Source: a virus
Direction: 5' to 3' (one strand)
DNA length: 64,000 nt
Virus genome (UHGV): UHGV-0371537
The notes under the pieces are model-generated. The model was not told the DNA's origin. It worked only from the letters and a program-made list of their open reading frames with translations, and did no database searches. Positions 43,773 through 52,542 of this stretch are shown here, piece by piece; the first letter of the stretch is position 1, and every line of letters begins with the position of its first letter. A program made the translations under genes and the position numbers.

Positions 43773-44387
43773 ATGACGATGACAACGTTGAAGGCCATGG
43801 CCTTGTCCGTGACCTTTACCATTGCCAGCGGGAATGTGCACGCTTCCCAAAATACAAGTCAATGTGTTTATGATTTCTCTGAGCAACAACTTAATACGCT
43901 GGCAACTGCCTATCACATAGGCAAGACACAAGATCTTGGTTACACTCTGGCCGCCATATCTTGGCGAGAGAGCCGCGCTGGTGAAGATGTAGTGTCAATG
44001 CGCTATGGACTCAAGGCGGCCAACATGGGAGCCTTTCAGAACAAGGTGAAGACAGTTGGTGATCGCGAAGGTTGTAAGAATCGCAAGTGCTATGCCAATG
44101 TCGCCATAAAGTTGCTGACCGACCAAGAATATGCCGCGCAAGCCGCCCTCGAAGAGATGCAGTTCTGGCTGACCTATCACAAGCAGAATGTACGCAAATC
44201 CCTCTCCTCTTACAATGCTGGCTTCGCCCGTAATCCCGCATCGAACGCTTATGCCGCTGACGTCGTGAAGAAAGCTAAATATCTTCAGAAATGTGTGTCC
44301 TTCAAAGGCCGGACCATCTCCGAGGTAGATCCTCAGGTGATCGCCATGAACAAGCGCACGATAGAGAAACTGAAGAGGACAAGATAA
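43773..44387 (+). CDS. secreted protein, possible lytic transglycosylase (SLT-like)
   Basis: Signal peptide MTMTTLKAMALSVTFTIASGNVHA; AISWRESRAG...MGAFQ resembles the SLT catalytic E-S...G.MQ region; AAGGA RBS. Confidence 0.45.
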   Translation: MTMTTLKAMALSVTFTIASGNVHASQNTSQCVYDFSEQQLNTLATAYHIGKTQDLGYTLAAISWRESRAGEDVVSMRYGLKAANMGAFQNKVKTVGDREGCKNRKCYANVAIKLLTDQEYAAQAALEEMQFWLTYHKQNVRKSLSSYNAGFARNPASNAYAADVVKKAKYLQKCVSFKGRTISEVDPQVIAMNKRTIEKLKRTR

Positions 44388-45025
44388 TGAACATCACTCC
44401 ATCTCAGACCGGATATGAACATATCTTGGTCTTCATCGCTCTACAGGGCGCGAAGGAAGGCATCATCGTATCCGAGTACTCGGGGACTGTGCGCCTTGCC
44501 GATTACGTCGCACCCGAGGCGTTCATTAAGAAGTGTATTGATGCGTGGTGCCTCTATGCCCTCGGCACGTATCCTGCCCCTCCTGAGGGCGAGCTGTTGT
44601 TTACTGTACCGACTCCGGCTGCTGGCGATACGGACGCGATCTTTGCCGATATGCTGGCCAAGGGGTATCTGGTGTATGATATCACTCACGATGTCTACTC
44701 CTTCACCTCGCTGAACACCGTGTTTGGGTTCACCATCACGTCTGAAGCCAACATCCCTGACTGGGGCATCTTGGCGTGGGGCGTTGACGGCCTGGGCGCA
44801 ACCTATGCATCGTCCGATGTCGGTCCTGTGTTGATTGATGAGGGTGTAACCATGGAGCAGTACCTTGCTCAGTTCCCTCAGCACAATATCACAGGCAGCG
44901 ACATCATTTTAGTTCAGCCTGGTGCTATCGCTCTCCCCCGTTTGGTGGATGGATGGAAGCCTCAGCTGAAGGATATCATCGCCGGGATCAGATTCCATAT
45001 TCCTGTGGTGAACCCAACGCCGTAA
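44387..45025 (+). CDS. hypothetical protein
   Basis: 212 aa from ATG 44387 (TAATG overlap with upstream stop). Confidence 0.45.
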   Translation: MNITPSQTGYEHILVFIALQGAKEGIIVSEYSGTVRLADYVAPEAFIKKCIDAWCLYALGTYPAPPEGELLFTVPTPAAGDTDAIFADMLAKGYLVYDITHDVYSFTSLNTVFGFTITSEANIPDWGILAWGVDGLGATYASSDVGPVLIDEGVTMEQYLAQFPQHNITGSDIILVQPGAIALPRLVDGWKPQLKDIIAGIRFHIPVVNPTP

Positions 45026-45040
45026 AAATAATTCAATAAA

Positions 45041-45065
45041 AGGGGCTTTCGCCCCTTTACTTCTT
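45041..45065 (+). terminator. rho-independent terminator after gene 44387, abutting an early promoter
   Basis: AGGGGC-TTTC-GCCCCT then TTACTTCTT. Confidence 0.6.
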
Positions 45066-45084
45066 CAATATCCTTCCCTATACT
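45056..45084 (+). promoter_or_regulatory. early-type sigma70-like promoter (TTTACT-N17-TATACT)
   Basis: -35 TTTACT 45056-45061, -10 TATACT 45079-45084; downstream TTCATTCCATAAGCAG block also found at 7787-7802. Confidence 0.55.
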
Positions 45085-45132
45085 TCATTCCATAAGCAGT
45101 ACGACACCAACTTGAAACGAAGGAACTATATT

Positions 45133-45492
45133 ATGGCTATCACCACAAAAACTGAATTGAACGCGATCCTGAAAGAAGCTGGCTTCGGTAGTATCAAACG
45201 CCAGGGCAAGGTTTTACGCGATGGCGGTAAAATCGTAAAGGGCATCATGTTGGGAAGTACTGGCCCGTTGAGCATCAGCTCCCCTCAGTATGACAATCTT
45301 CGTAAACTGGCGCGTGAACTTCTCCAAGAAGACCTCCATATCACGACGCAAGAAACCAATTATGTGGTTTTGGAATGCAACAAATTCATCGTCAGCCTTT
45401 ACATCTGCAGCACCCGCTCATATCCGGTGTCTGAAGGTTATGACCCAATGTATCTGACCCATTATGCTCAGGTTACTGTCAAAGCAAAATAA
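45133..45492 (+). CDS. hypothetical protein behind an early-type promoter
   Basis: 119 aa; N-terminus MAITTKTELNAILKEAGFG resembles gene at 51446; promoter TTTACT-N17-TATACT upstream. Confidence 0.5.
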   Translation: MAITTKTELNAILKEAGFGSIKRQGKVLRDGGKIVKGIMLGSTGPLSISSPQYDNLRKLARELLQEDLHITTQETNYVVLECNKFIVSLYICSTRSYPVSEGYDPMYLTHYAQVTVKAK

Positions 45493-45504
45493 TCAAATTC
45501 AACG

Positions 45505-45530
45505 GGGAGCTTCGGCTCCTCTTTTGTTTT
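45505..45530 (+). terminator. rho-independent terminator after gene 45133
   Basis: GGAGC-TTCG-GCTCC then TCTTTTGTTTTCG. Confidence 0.65.
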
Positions 45531-45576
45531 CGCTAATTAAGGAAAACCGCACCGATTTATTATCAGGAGAATTACA

Positions 45577-47565
45577 ATGGCCACCCCATCTTTCTTAAAT
45601 TTCCTTGAAGAGTCTAAACAATTAGACGAAGCGTTCAACTCCGCTCCGTATGAGCTGACCATGGGTAAGAAGAACGCAGGCGATGTGTTCTTCACCTTCA
45701 TCGACGAAGATGAAAAGGAATACCGTATTCAGTTCTATACCCCACAGGGGCTGGGCAAGAACGTTCGTCAGGTCTTCATCGGCCAGAAGCGCGGCTCCGT
45801 CTACCCTGATGCCATCGCTCGCTTCAAAAACCCAATGCGCGTCATCGCCTCCATGATCGAAGCGACCAAGCAGTTCCTGGCGACCCCTCTGGGCAAGACC
45901 ATCGATGGTTATGCTGTCAACTTCTCTAAGAAAGCGCTGGAACGCGGGATGACCCTGATTCCTAAGATCATCCGCCAGTCCGGCCTGAAGCAGAAACTGA
46001 ACGTCATGGACCTGACTTACGCGCCTGTCCCTGACCGTGGTTATGTGTGGTTGGTCCGCAAGGGCAAAGATCCGGCTCAGGTATTCGACGGTCCGAAGAT
46101 GCAGGGCATCACCTGGGATGATCCAGACAAGGTCGGTGACGTTCCGGTTCAGAACAATACCCCAGATGTGGGGACTTCATCTTCTGTTGATGATTCCAAC
46201 GGATGGAAATTAACTTCAAACGGGGATCAGCCTATGTTGATCTGGGTTGGCAAAGAGAGAGGCCGCATGAACACGGCAAATATCGCTCCCCACTACAATG
46301 AGCCAGGCGTGTATGTTGGCGCATACATGAATGAGAAATCTGTGCGTGGGCAAAGTGCTGATTTCATTGCTCGTCAGTTGAAATTACCGCAAGTCCCTAT
46401 CAGTATCCTGAATGATTTCACCACGGCGTCCACAAAATTTTGGAAAGGTTCTCAGCAGAAGTCTGCGCCAGCTGACTCCAACACCACTATTGGTGCTCGG
46501 GGTGTGGGAACTGGGTCTGGTTCTTCTGAAATCGAAATCAACCGCGACTGGTACAACAGCTCAGACACTGGTCTGGTGTTGAAGAGCGGGCGCGACCCGA
46601 TTCGCGGAAACTACACCCGCTTGATGAGCGGTTCGAGAGAAGTAGCCACATTCTATGGCTATGATTTTGACAAATACCCAGACGGAACTGAAGTATCTTG
46701 GAATATGAAGCGCGGCTTCACCAACCAAGACTTGGTCGGTGCGTCCATGACCAAACAGAAGAAAGGCATGTACGATCAGTACACTTTCAAGAAAGGTGCT
46801 CAGTTAATTCTGGTGGTGGACGTTGATACCAGCAACAATACCAACACCCTCAGTTCTAACGACCTAAAAATCCCGCGCAACGCCGAAGTATTCGGTGAAA
46901 CTGGTAGTGGTTTCTCCGTTCGGTGGGCTGTCAATTTCCCCGAAACGGGAAAATATGCCGGTACTTCTATGATAACCAACGTAACCTATTATCATGACAA
47001 AGGCAAAGTTGCATTCACCCCAATTGTCTCTCAGAAAGGGCGTACCCTGAACAATCCGAAGACATATGAACTTCCTTTGAACAAAGATTTGGTCCAGAGT
47101 GTGATTGATGAGATTTCATCAAAAATGGTATATCTTTCCAGAAACCTCCAACAGTTGAAAAGTCAGACATACAACCCAAACCAGGTTTTCTTGAATGATA
47201 TAACCATCACGGATAAAGGTGAAGTGATTTGGAACGATTACAACTTGTCTGACGGCAAAGTTACACAAATTATGCTGTCCATGATAAGCGCAGAAAATAA
47301 ACGCTTGGAGAAAGTGACAAACAGGCCGGATATCACATTACCAAAGAAACAAGCCGAAGTAGTAGAATTTATAAACCGGATGATTGATATTGATCTCGGA
47401 CCTTATTTGAGAGAACCCAAAAAACGTGATGTGGTATTATTCGACTCTTCTGAATTGTCGATAAACCAACTCAACAACATAGAACGCCTGGGAAGAGAAA
47501 CAGGAAAATGGTCTCTTCAGTCAAACGGCGGTATGGGTCATGCACTATTTCTGAATGTTTGGTGA
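45577..47565 (+). CDS. large hypothetical protein with possible capsid-targeting N-terminus (Alt-like position)
   Basis: 662 aa; N-terminus MATPSFLNFLEES resembles T4 internal-protein targeting leaders; no ADP-ribosyltransferase motif confirmed. Confidence 0.5.
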   Translation: MATPSFLNFLEESKQLDEAFNSAPYELTMGKKNAGDVFFTFIDEDEKEYRIQFYTPQGLGKNVRQVFIGQKRGSVYPDAIARFKNPMRVIASMIEATKQFLATPLGKTIDGYAVNFSKKALERGMTLIPKIIRQSGLKQKLNVMDLTYAPVPDRGYVWLVRKGKDPAQVFDGPKMQGITWDDPDKVGDVPVQNNTPDVGTSSSVDDSNGWKLTSNGDQPMLIWVGKERGRMNTANIAPHYNEPGVYVGAYMNEKSVRGQSADFIARQLKLPQVPISILNDFTTASTKFWKGSQQKSAPADSNTTIGARGVGTGSGSSEIEINRDWYNSSDTGLVLKSGRDPIRGNYTRLMSGSREVATFYGYDFDKYPDGTEVSWNMKRGFTNQDLVGASMTKQKKGMYDQYTFKKGAQLILVVDVDTSNNTNTLSSNDLKIPRNAEVFGETGSGFSVRWAVNFPETGKYAGTSMITNVTYYHDKGKVAFTPIVSQKGRTLNNPKTYELPLNKDLVQSVIDEISSKMVYLSRNLQQLKSQTYNPNQVFLNDITITDKGEVIWNDYNLSDGKVTQIMLSMISAENKRLEKVTNRPDITLPKKQAEVVEFINRMIDIDLGPYLREPKKRDVVLFDSSELSINQLNNIERLGRETGKWSLQSNGGMGHALFLNVW

Positions 47566-47637
47566 AACAAGCTGAACTTGAACAGAATAAAGCCCCTCCG
47601 GGGGCTAATTACATCTAAATCCCCGAGGAGAGATCCA

Positions 47638-48210
47638 ATGAAACCTTTTATCGAATATTTTAAAGAGCAAGCTGCACAGCCTCAGACCCATGCTGGTGTC
47701 CAGGGTAAGACCGTATCCATCACCAAGCAAGCTGACGGCACCCAGTGGTGTTCCGGCGCTACCGTGACCCAGATCACTCCTGACAATCAGGCGGATGTCT
47801 ACAACCTGGAGTTAACCAACGGCAACACCATCAAGGTGAAGCTGACCCCAGACCAGACTCACGGTATCTCCCAAGGTCAGGAAGTTGTTGCTGTCCACGA
47901 TGGCTTCGAATTCTTCTTCTTCGGCAAGTCCGCCGACAAAGGCCAGGTGACTGAAGCCTATGCCCAGGAACTGGCGAACATGGACAAGATGATCGGTAAA
48001 GCACTGGGTGTTGGCAAGTCCCGCAAGAGTGGTCGCACTGAGTTCGAATACTCTGGCATCCCTGGCATCGGCAAGGCGATCACCGTGAACTTCGGCGGCG
48101 AAGATGACCCATATGTGATCGTCACCTGCAACGGCAAAGAGCAGGACATCAGCAAGGGTAAAAACCTGGCTGCTGACATTGCCAAGTTCCTCGGTGTTAA
48201 GCCTGTGTAG
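47638..48210 (+). CDS. internal-protein-like head protein candidate
   Basis: 190 aa; N-terminus MKPFIEYFKEQAA resembles T4 IP leader MKTYQEFIAEA; GAGGAGAG RBS. Confidence 0.5.
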   Translation: MKPFIEYFKEQAAQPQTHAGVQGKTVSITKQADGTQWCSGATVTQITPDNQADVYNLELTNGNTIKVKLTPDQTHGISQGQEVVAVHDGFEFFFFGKSADKGQVTEAYAQELANMDKMIGKALGVGKSRKSGRTEFEYSGIPGIGKAITVNFGGEDDPYVIVTCNGKEQDISKGKNLAADIAKFLGVKPV

Positions 48211-48240
48211 AAGGGTGAACTTTGCAACCGGGTGAGTCGT

Positions 48241-48276
48241 AAAATAAACCCCGCTTTTCGCGGGGTTTTGTTATTT
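48241..48276. terminator. bidirectional rho-independent terminator between convergent genes
   Basis: AAAATAAACCCCGC-TTTTC-GCGGGGTTTTGTTATTT; A-run on one side, T-run on the other. Confidence 0.75.
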
Positions 48277-48876
48277 CACATACATACTGACTTGTACTTT
48301 CTTACCTTTTTCGTTTTTGACGTCCATCAGCTTGGATGCACCATTCAGTTTCATGACGGTTCCGCGTTCTTTGCCGCCATTCGGTAACTCGTATTCAATA
48401 TCTTCCCCAGGAGATGGCATACCCGCATGAGGTCCCATAACCATGGCGATCTTATAACGAGCCAAGCCGGGGCGACCGCCTTTATACGCATACCAACCAC
48501 CTTCAGTCATTTCTTTCCATTGCTTGTTACCGTCAATGGAGATAAAGGAATTGCCCATACCTGATTTGACATCCAACAAGTCAATATATTTGCCTGATTT
48601 GTTGTACTTGACAGCGGTGTCAGTATCAACCTTGTCAATCATCTGGGCGCTGGCAAACTGTCCATCTTTCAATCCAGATGCTGAGATGATGTCTTTGGCA
48701 TTGGCCAGGATTATCTTGCGACCGTCAGGGGTTTCAAAGGTGGCTTTGTCGCCACTAACACTAACTCGCAAGAAAGTGCCGATATTGTCTTCGGTGGACT
48801 TGCCGATCTTGTCTGACTTGATATGAACAGACATCGGTGGCGCGGCTTCGGTCAAAAAGTCTTGAAAAGTTTTCAT
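48271..48876 (-). CDS. internal-protein-like head protein candidate (minus strand)
   Basis: 201 aa; N-terminus MKTFQDFLTEAA closely matches T4 IP leader MKTYQEFIAEA; GGAG RBS; convergent with 47638 gene. Confidence 0.55.
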   Translation of the reverse strand: MKTFQDFLTEAAPPMSVHIKSDKIGKSTEDNIGTFLRVSVSGDKATFETPDGRKIILANAKDIISASGLKDGQFASAQMIDKVDTDTAVKYNKSGKYIDLLDVKSGMGNSFISIDGNKQWKEMTEGGWYAYKGGRPGLARYKIAMVMGPHAGMPSPGEDIEYELPNGGKERGTVMKLNGASKLMDVKNEKGKKVQVSMYVK

Positions 48877-48965
48877 TTTCGTTCTCCAGTTATATTATTC
48901 TATATAGTACCTCATGGACCCATTAACACTAAATACTAGATGGTTCACAATACAGGAAACAAATC

Positions 48966-49319
48966 ATGGTTAACGCGAGTATTTTCATCAACCGTGGACT
49001 GCTTGCTATAGCCCACTCTCATGCCCTGCACTTCGTTACAACGTCCTATGCCAAGCACAAAGCTCTCGGGGAGTTCTACGGGGAACTGGAGGACTTGCTG
49101 GACACGTTTACCGAAGCATACATCGGTGCGGGTGGCCAGTACGTTCCGTCGTTTGAGAACATCAAGCTCTATAACCCAGACCCTATCTCCTATGTCAACA
49201 GCGTGGTGATAGACGTCGATGGCATCTACAGGCAGTGCGACTCCCACCTTCAGAACACGCTTGATGAAATCAAGACGCTGTGCTATCAGACGATCTACAA
49301 ACTGAAGCAGCTGTCGTAA
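48966..49319 (+). CDS. hypothetical protein
   Basis: 117 aa, AGGAAACA RBS. Confidence 0.45.
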   Translation: MVNASIFINRGLLAIAHSHALHFVTTSYAKHKALGEFYGELEDLLDTFTEAYIGAGGQYVPSFENIKLYNPDPISYVNSVVIDVDGIYRQCDSHLQNTLDEIKTLCYQTIYKLKQLS

Positions 49320-49376
49320 GTCAATACGAAATAAAGGCATATAATTTTGCTCATTATTCACCGAAAGGAAAGGACA

Positions 49377-49988
49377 ATGAGCAAAATCTTTACCCCGACA
49401 CATCGTGAAGGATGTGAGATCGCGGCCAACTACCTGCGCGGTCGCATGAACTGCGGCGCAGTCTTCATCGAACCAAACTCCTTCGACAACAAAGAATCGC
49501 CAGATGCCATCGGGTTTCGTTCAGGCGGGTGCTCTGTCCTGATGGAAGTGAAGGTGTCCCGCGCCGACTTCCTCACCGACAAGAAGAAGCCCCATCGGAT
49601 GGACCCCACAACAGGGATGGGCGCATACCGCTTTTATGTCTGCCCTCAGGATGTGATCAGGGTTGAAGACCTGCCACCAAAGTGGGGGTTGTTCTACTTC
49701 ACACCTCGCAAGTCCCTGATGCCCGTTCATGTGCCGGACATGCAATACTCCTCGTTGTCATCACCAGAGCATTATCAGAAGTATCTTGATGAACAGATCA
49801 AGAGAGGAAGAACCGTCACCCGGCATATGCGCAGCTACATGGAACTTCTCGACGGCTTCGCCCACTTTGAGCGCAACACGGCTGGAGAACAGAATATCCT
49901 GTATGGGGCTTGGCGGCAACTGTGTATAGCTCAAAGTCGTGGTGTAGACTATACTGTGACCGAAGTGTTCCAGAGGCCGAAGATCTAA
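49377..49988 (+). CDS. hypothetical protein, possible PD-(D/E)XK nuclease fold
   Basis: 203 aa; PDAIGF...CSVLMEVKVSRADF fits a D...E-V-K nuclease core; weak call. Confidence 0.4.
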   Translation: MSKIFTPTHREGCEIAANYLRGRMNCGAVFIEPNSFDNKESPDAIGFRSGGCSVLMEVKVSRADFLTDKKKPHRMDPTTGMGAYRFYVCPQDVIRVEDLPPKWGLFYFTPRKSLMPVHVPDMQYSSLSSPEHYQKYLDEQIKRGRTVTRHMRSYMELLDGFAHFERNTAGEQNILYGAWRQLCIAQSRGVDYTVTEVFQRPKI

Positions 49989-51046
49989 TGAAATTTCTTG
50001 ACGAGCAATTTATCAACAACGTGTCGCCCCGCCTTGACAAGTTCAAGTGGGAGCGCGTTGGTACTGTCGCAAACTTCCGTTGTCCCCTGTGTGGTGACTC
50101 CACGAAGTCTGCCAACAAGCGCCGTGGATACTTCTTCTATGATCGGGATCATGACTGCTTCCGGTTCAAGTGCCACAACTGCAACCAGATGAATGGCTGG
50201 TCATTTGAGTTCTGGCTGAAGAAGTTCGATGAGCGCCTCTCAACCGAATACAACATGGAGAAGTTCCGTCTGCTGGGCGATACATCAGGCAGACCGCTTC
50301 CTTCCCTGAAGCCGTTACCAAAGCTGACACAGACCGCCCGTATTGGATCAGTGGCGGCGAAACGCGACGAGAGCCTCCTCGGCAATATGCTGCGCCTTGA
50401 TCTGCTACCGCCTGACCATAAGGCTCGACAGTACGTACAGTGGCGAGGACTACCGGAGAGCACGTGGTCTTTGCTGTATTACACGCAGCACTTCCGACAG
50501 GATCTAAAACAGTTCGAAACAGATCCTGAAAAGCAGCTGAAGATCCCTGATGATGAACGGCTGGTGATTCCATTCTGGACGCAAGACGGGCGCATGAAGA
50601 TCGTCCAGGGGCGCGCATTCGACGAAACAGCCACATTGCGTTATGCAACAGTCAAACCCAAGGACGAAGACACGAAGGTGTACGGTGAAGACCGGGTTAA
50701 CTTTCACAAGACCAAGCTGGTCGTGGAAGGTCCGATTGACAGCCTCTTCCTACCCAATTGCATGGCATCAGCTGATGCGGATTTGCTGAGTGTGAAGGGT
50801 GACATCTATATCCCTGATAACCAGTACCGGAACCCGCAGGTGTGTGACGGCATTCAGAAGATGATAGATAAAGGTGTCAAGGTCGTGTTGTTCCCGCCGA
50901 GTATGCCATGGAAAGATATCAACGACATGGTCATGCCATCGAAGGGTAACATGGCCATACGAGACCTCCTGAAGCTGATTGCCCAGAACGTCTACCAGGG
51001 GATGGCCGCATCACTGCAATTTGCCGAACTGAGGAAAGTGAAATGA
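49988..51046 (+). CDS. gp61: DNA primase (T4 gp61-like)
   Basis: FRCPLCGDS zinc ribbon, VVEGPIDSLFL TOPRIM, WKDINDM; aligns to recalled T4 gp61 (FRCPVCGDS, LEGPIDSLF, WKSKDVNDM). Confidence 0.85.
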   Translation: MKFLDEQFINNVSPRLDKFKWERVGTVANFRCPLCGDSTKSANKRRGYFFYDRDHDCFRFKCHNCNQMNGWSFEFWLKKFDERLSTEYNMEKFRLLGDTSGRPLPSLKPLPKLTQTARIGSVAAKRDESLLGNMLRLDLLPPDHKARQYVQWRGLPESTWSLLYYTQHFRQDLKQFETDPEKQLKIPDDERLVIPFWTQDGRMKIVQGRAFDETATLRYATVKPKDEDTKVYGEDRVNFHKTKLVVEGPIDSLFLPNCMASADADLLSVKGDIYIPDNQYRNPQVCDGIQKMIDKGVKVVLFPPSMPWKDINDMVMPSKGNMAIRDLLKLIAQNVYQGMAASLQFAELRKVK

Positions 51047-51249
51047 CGTTAGAAGAACTGAACAAGCTGGACGACGGGGAGATCGTGCGGGGGTACTTGA
51101 AATCCCGTGAGGGTTATGTCCTATCTGGGGAAGAGTCTCCGAGTTTCATCCACGGCTGGAAGAATGGTCAGGTGGACTTCCATGGTGTTCCCATCAGTCC
51201 TGAGCAGGCCGAATTGGCTCGCGAGTTTGTAAGATTTCGCCCGAGCTAA
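51043..51249 (+). CDS. hypothetical protein
   Basis: 68 aa, ATGA overlap with primase stop. Confidence 0.4.
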   Translation: MTLEELNKLDDGEIVRGYLKSREGYVLSGEESPSFIHGWKNGQVDFHGVPISPEQAELAREFVRFRPS

Positions 51250-51343
51250 AACTTTTTACTTCACATCACCCTCCCTCCAGGCCTCGTCGAATGAGGCCTT
51301 TTAAAATACTTCAAAAATATTTTAAAAATTTATTGAAAAAGAC

Positions 51344-51372
51344 TTTACTCTTCAATAATGATGCACTATTAT
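51344..51372 (+). promoter_or_regulatory. early-type sigma70-like promoter (TTTACT-N17-TATTAT)
   Basis: -35 TTTACT 51344-51349, -10 TATTAT 51367-51372; in an AT-rich spacer ahead of gene 51446. Confidence 0.5.
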
Positions 51373-51445
51373 AGTTCACATAGGGCGGTAACACACCGCC
51401 GAATGAAAAGTGAAACGAACCAACTACATTATGAGGAATTACATC

Positions 51446-51934
51446 ATGGCTACTACCAAAACTCTGATCACCAACGGCACCATCTCTTTCGAACTGAACA
51501 CCGAAGTTGCTAAAGTTGAAATGTTCCGCATCGCTCAGGCAGCTGGCTTCACTGGTGGCAAAACTTCCTTCATGAACCTGCTGAACGGCAAAGTGGAAGC
51601 GACTAACGGCTTCACCCTGGTAGAGCAGACTGTGGTTGACAAAGCCGTGGTTGCTAAGGCTGCTGACAAAGTTGGCATGCTGAAAGACCTGGGTCACGAC
51701 ATCCACGTTGTCGAAGCGAATACCGAAACTTACGGCACCATCGTAGTCGGTAAAGGTCGCATCCAGCTGAACCCACTGAACAACGGTTCCTTCTCTGTGA
51801 TGGTCTTCCCTAAGAAGGGCTATGACAACACAGACATCGTGAAAGCTGCTGGCGGCGAAGCGAAAGCTCAGTATGTCAAAATGGGTAAACTGAGCGCCAA
51901 AGACGTTCAGACCCTGGTGAGCAAACTGGCTTAA
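51446..51934 (+). CDS. hypothetical protein behind an early-type promoter
   Basis: 162 aa from ATG 51446 (GAGGA RBS); N-terminus MATTKT...AAGFTG resembles gene at 45133. Confidence 0.5.
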   Translation: MATTKTLITNGTISFELNTEVAKVEMFRIAQAAGFTGGKTSFMNLLNGKVEATNGFTLVEQTVVDKAVVAKAADKVGMLKDLGHDIHVVEANTETYGTIVVGKGRIQLNPLNNGSFSVMVFPKKGYDNTDIVKAAGGEAKAQYVKMGKLSAKDVQTLVSKLA

Positions 51935-51939
51935 TCGAA

Positions 51940-51965
51940 AGGGGGAGGAAACTCCCCTCCTTATT
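51940..51965 (+). terminator. terminator-like hairpin after gene 51446
   Basis: GGGGAG-GAAA-CTCCCC with T-run (GATTTTT) about 12 nt downstream. Confidence 0.45.
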
Positions 51966-51988
51966 CAGATTTTTGGTAGGAGACCATC

Positions 51989-52177
51989 ATGTCCCGCGCT
52001 GTCATTCAAGCCTCTCCAGGCGCTCTCTGGGTTGTCAACCGCATTCCGAACAAAGTCTTTCCTCAGTTTCAAGAGGAACTCGAGCAGGCGATGTTAGCAG
52101 TCCTGGAAAAATACGGGTACGACACTGAAGTTCGTACGTCCTTCAACGAAGTCATGCCAGTGGTGGTAGCAAGATGA
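51989..52177 (+). CDS. hypothetical protein
   Basis: 62 aa, TAGGAGA RBS. Confidence 0.4.
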   Translation: MSRAVIQASPGALWVVNRIPNKVFPQFQEELEQAMLAVLEKYGYDTEVRTSFNEVMPVVVAR

Positions 52178-52473
52178 AACTGAGCAGCTCAGAAGCGACC
52201 AAGATTGCGGAAGAATCAGCACAACTGCTGGCTTCACATACTTCAAAACCCTGGGTAATAGACACATGTTCTTTCTCCCAAGTTATCCTTTCTTGCGGGG
52301 ATGTTTACGTTCAGCATCTACTAACCACGGGATCTTGGTTTGCTGGTTTTAAAGAATATGATGATAGTATTACCAGTCGTTATGTTGGTTCTGCAATAAT
52401 GGCATATGAAGGTTTAAAGTCCGCTGTCGAAGATTACATTACCCAGTTGAAAGAAATCCACGATAATATGTGA
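52174..52473 (+). CDS. hypothetical protein
   Basis: 99 aa, ATGA overlap with upstream gene. Confidence 0.4.
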   Translation: MKLSSSEATKIAEESAQLLASHTSKPWVIDTCSFSQVILSCGDVYVQHLLTTGSWFAGFKEYDDSITSRYVGSAIMAYEGLKSAVEDYITQLKEIHDNM

Positions 52474-52504
52474 CACGGCAGTTCCTCAAGTAGTTCACTT
52501 TCAC

Positions 52505-52514
52505 TTTAAATACC
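52505..52514 (+). promoter_or_regulatory. candidate late promoter element (TTTAAATACC) ahead of the endolysin gene
   Basis: TTAAATACC about 29 nt upstream of ATG 52543; GGAGGTATTTTCTT-ATG context. Confidence 0.35.
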
Positions 52515-52542
52515 TTCGCATTCATTGCGGAGGTATTTTCTT

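Noticed and set aside
45577-47565. Alt-type ADP-ribosyltransferase assignment for the 662-aa protein
   Set aside because: I could not find the R / S-T-S / E-x-E catalytic triad pattern; only the N-terminal leader resemblance supports a head-internal location.
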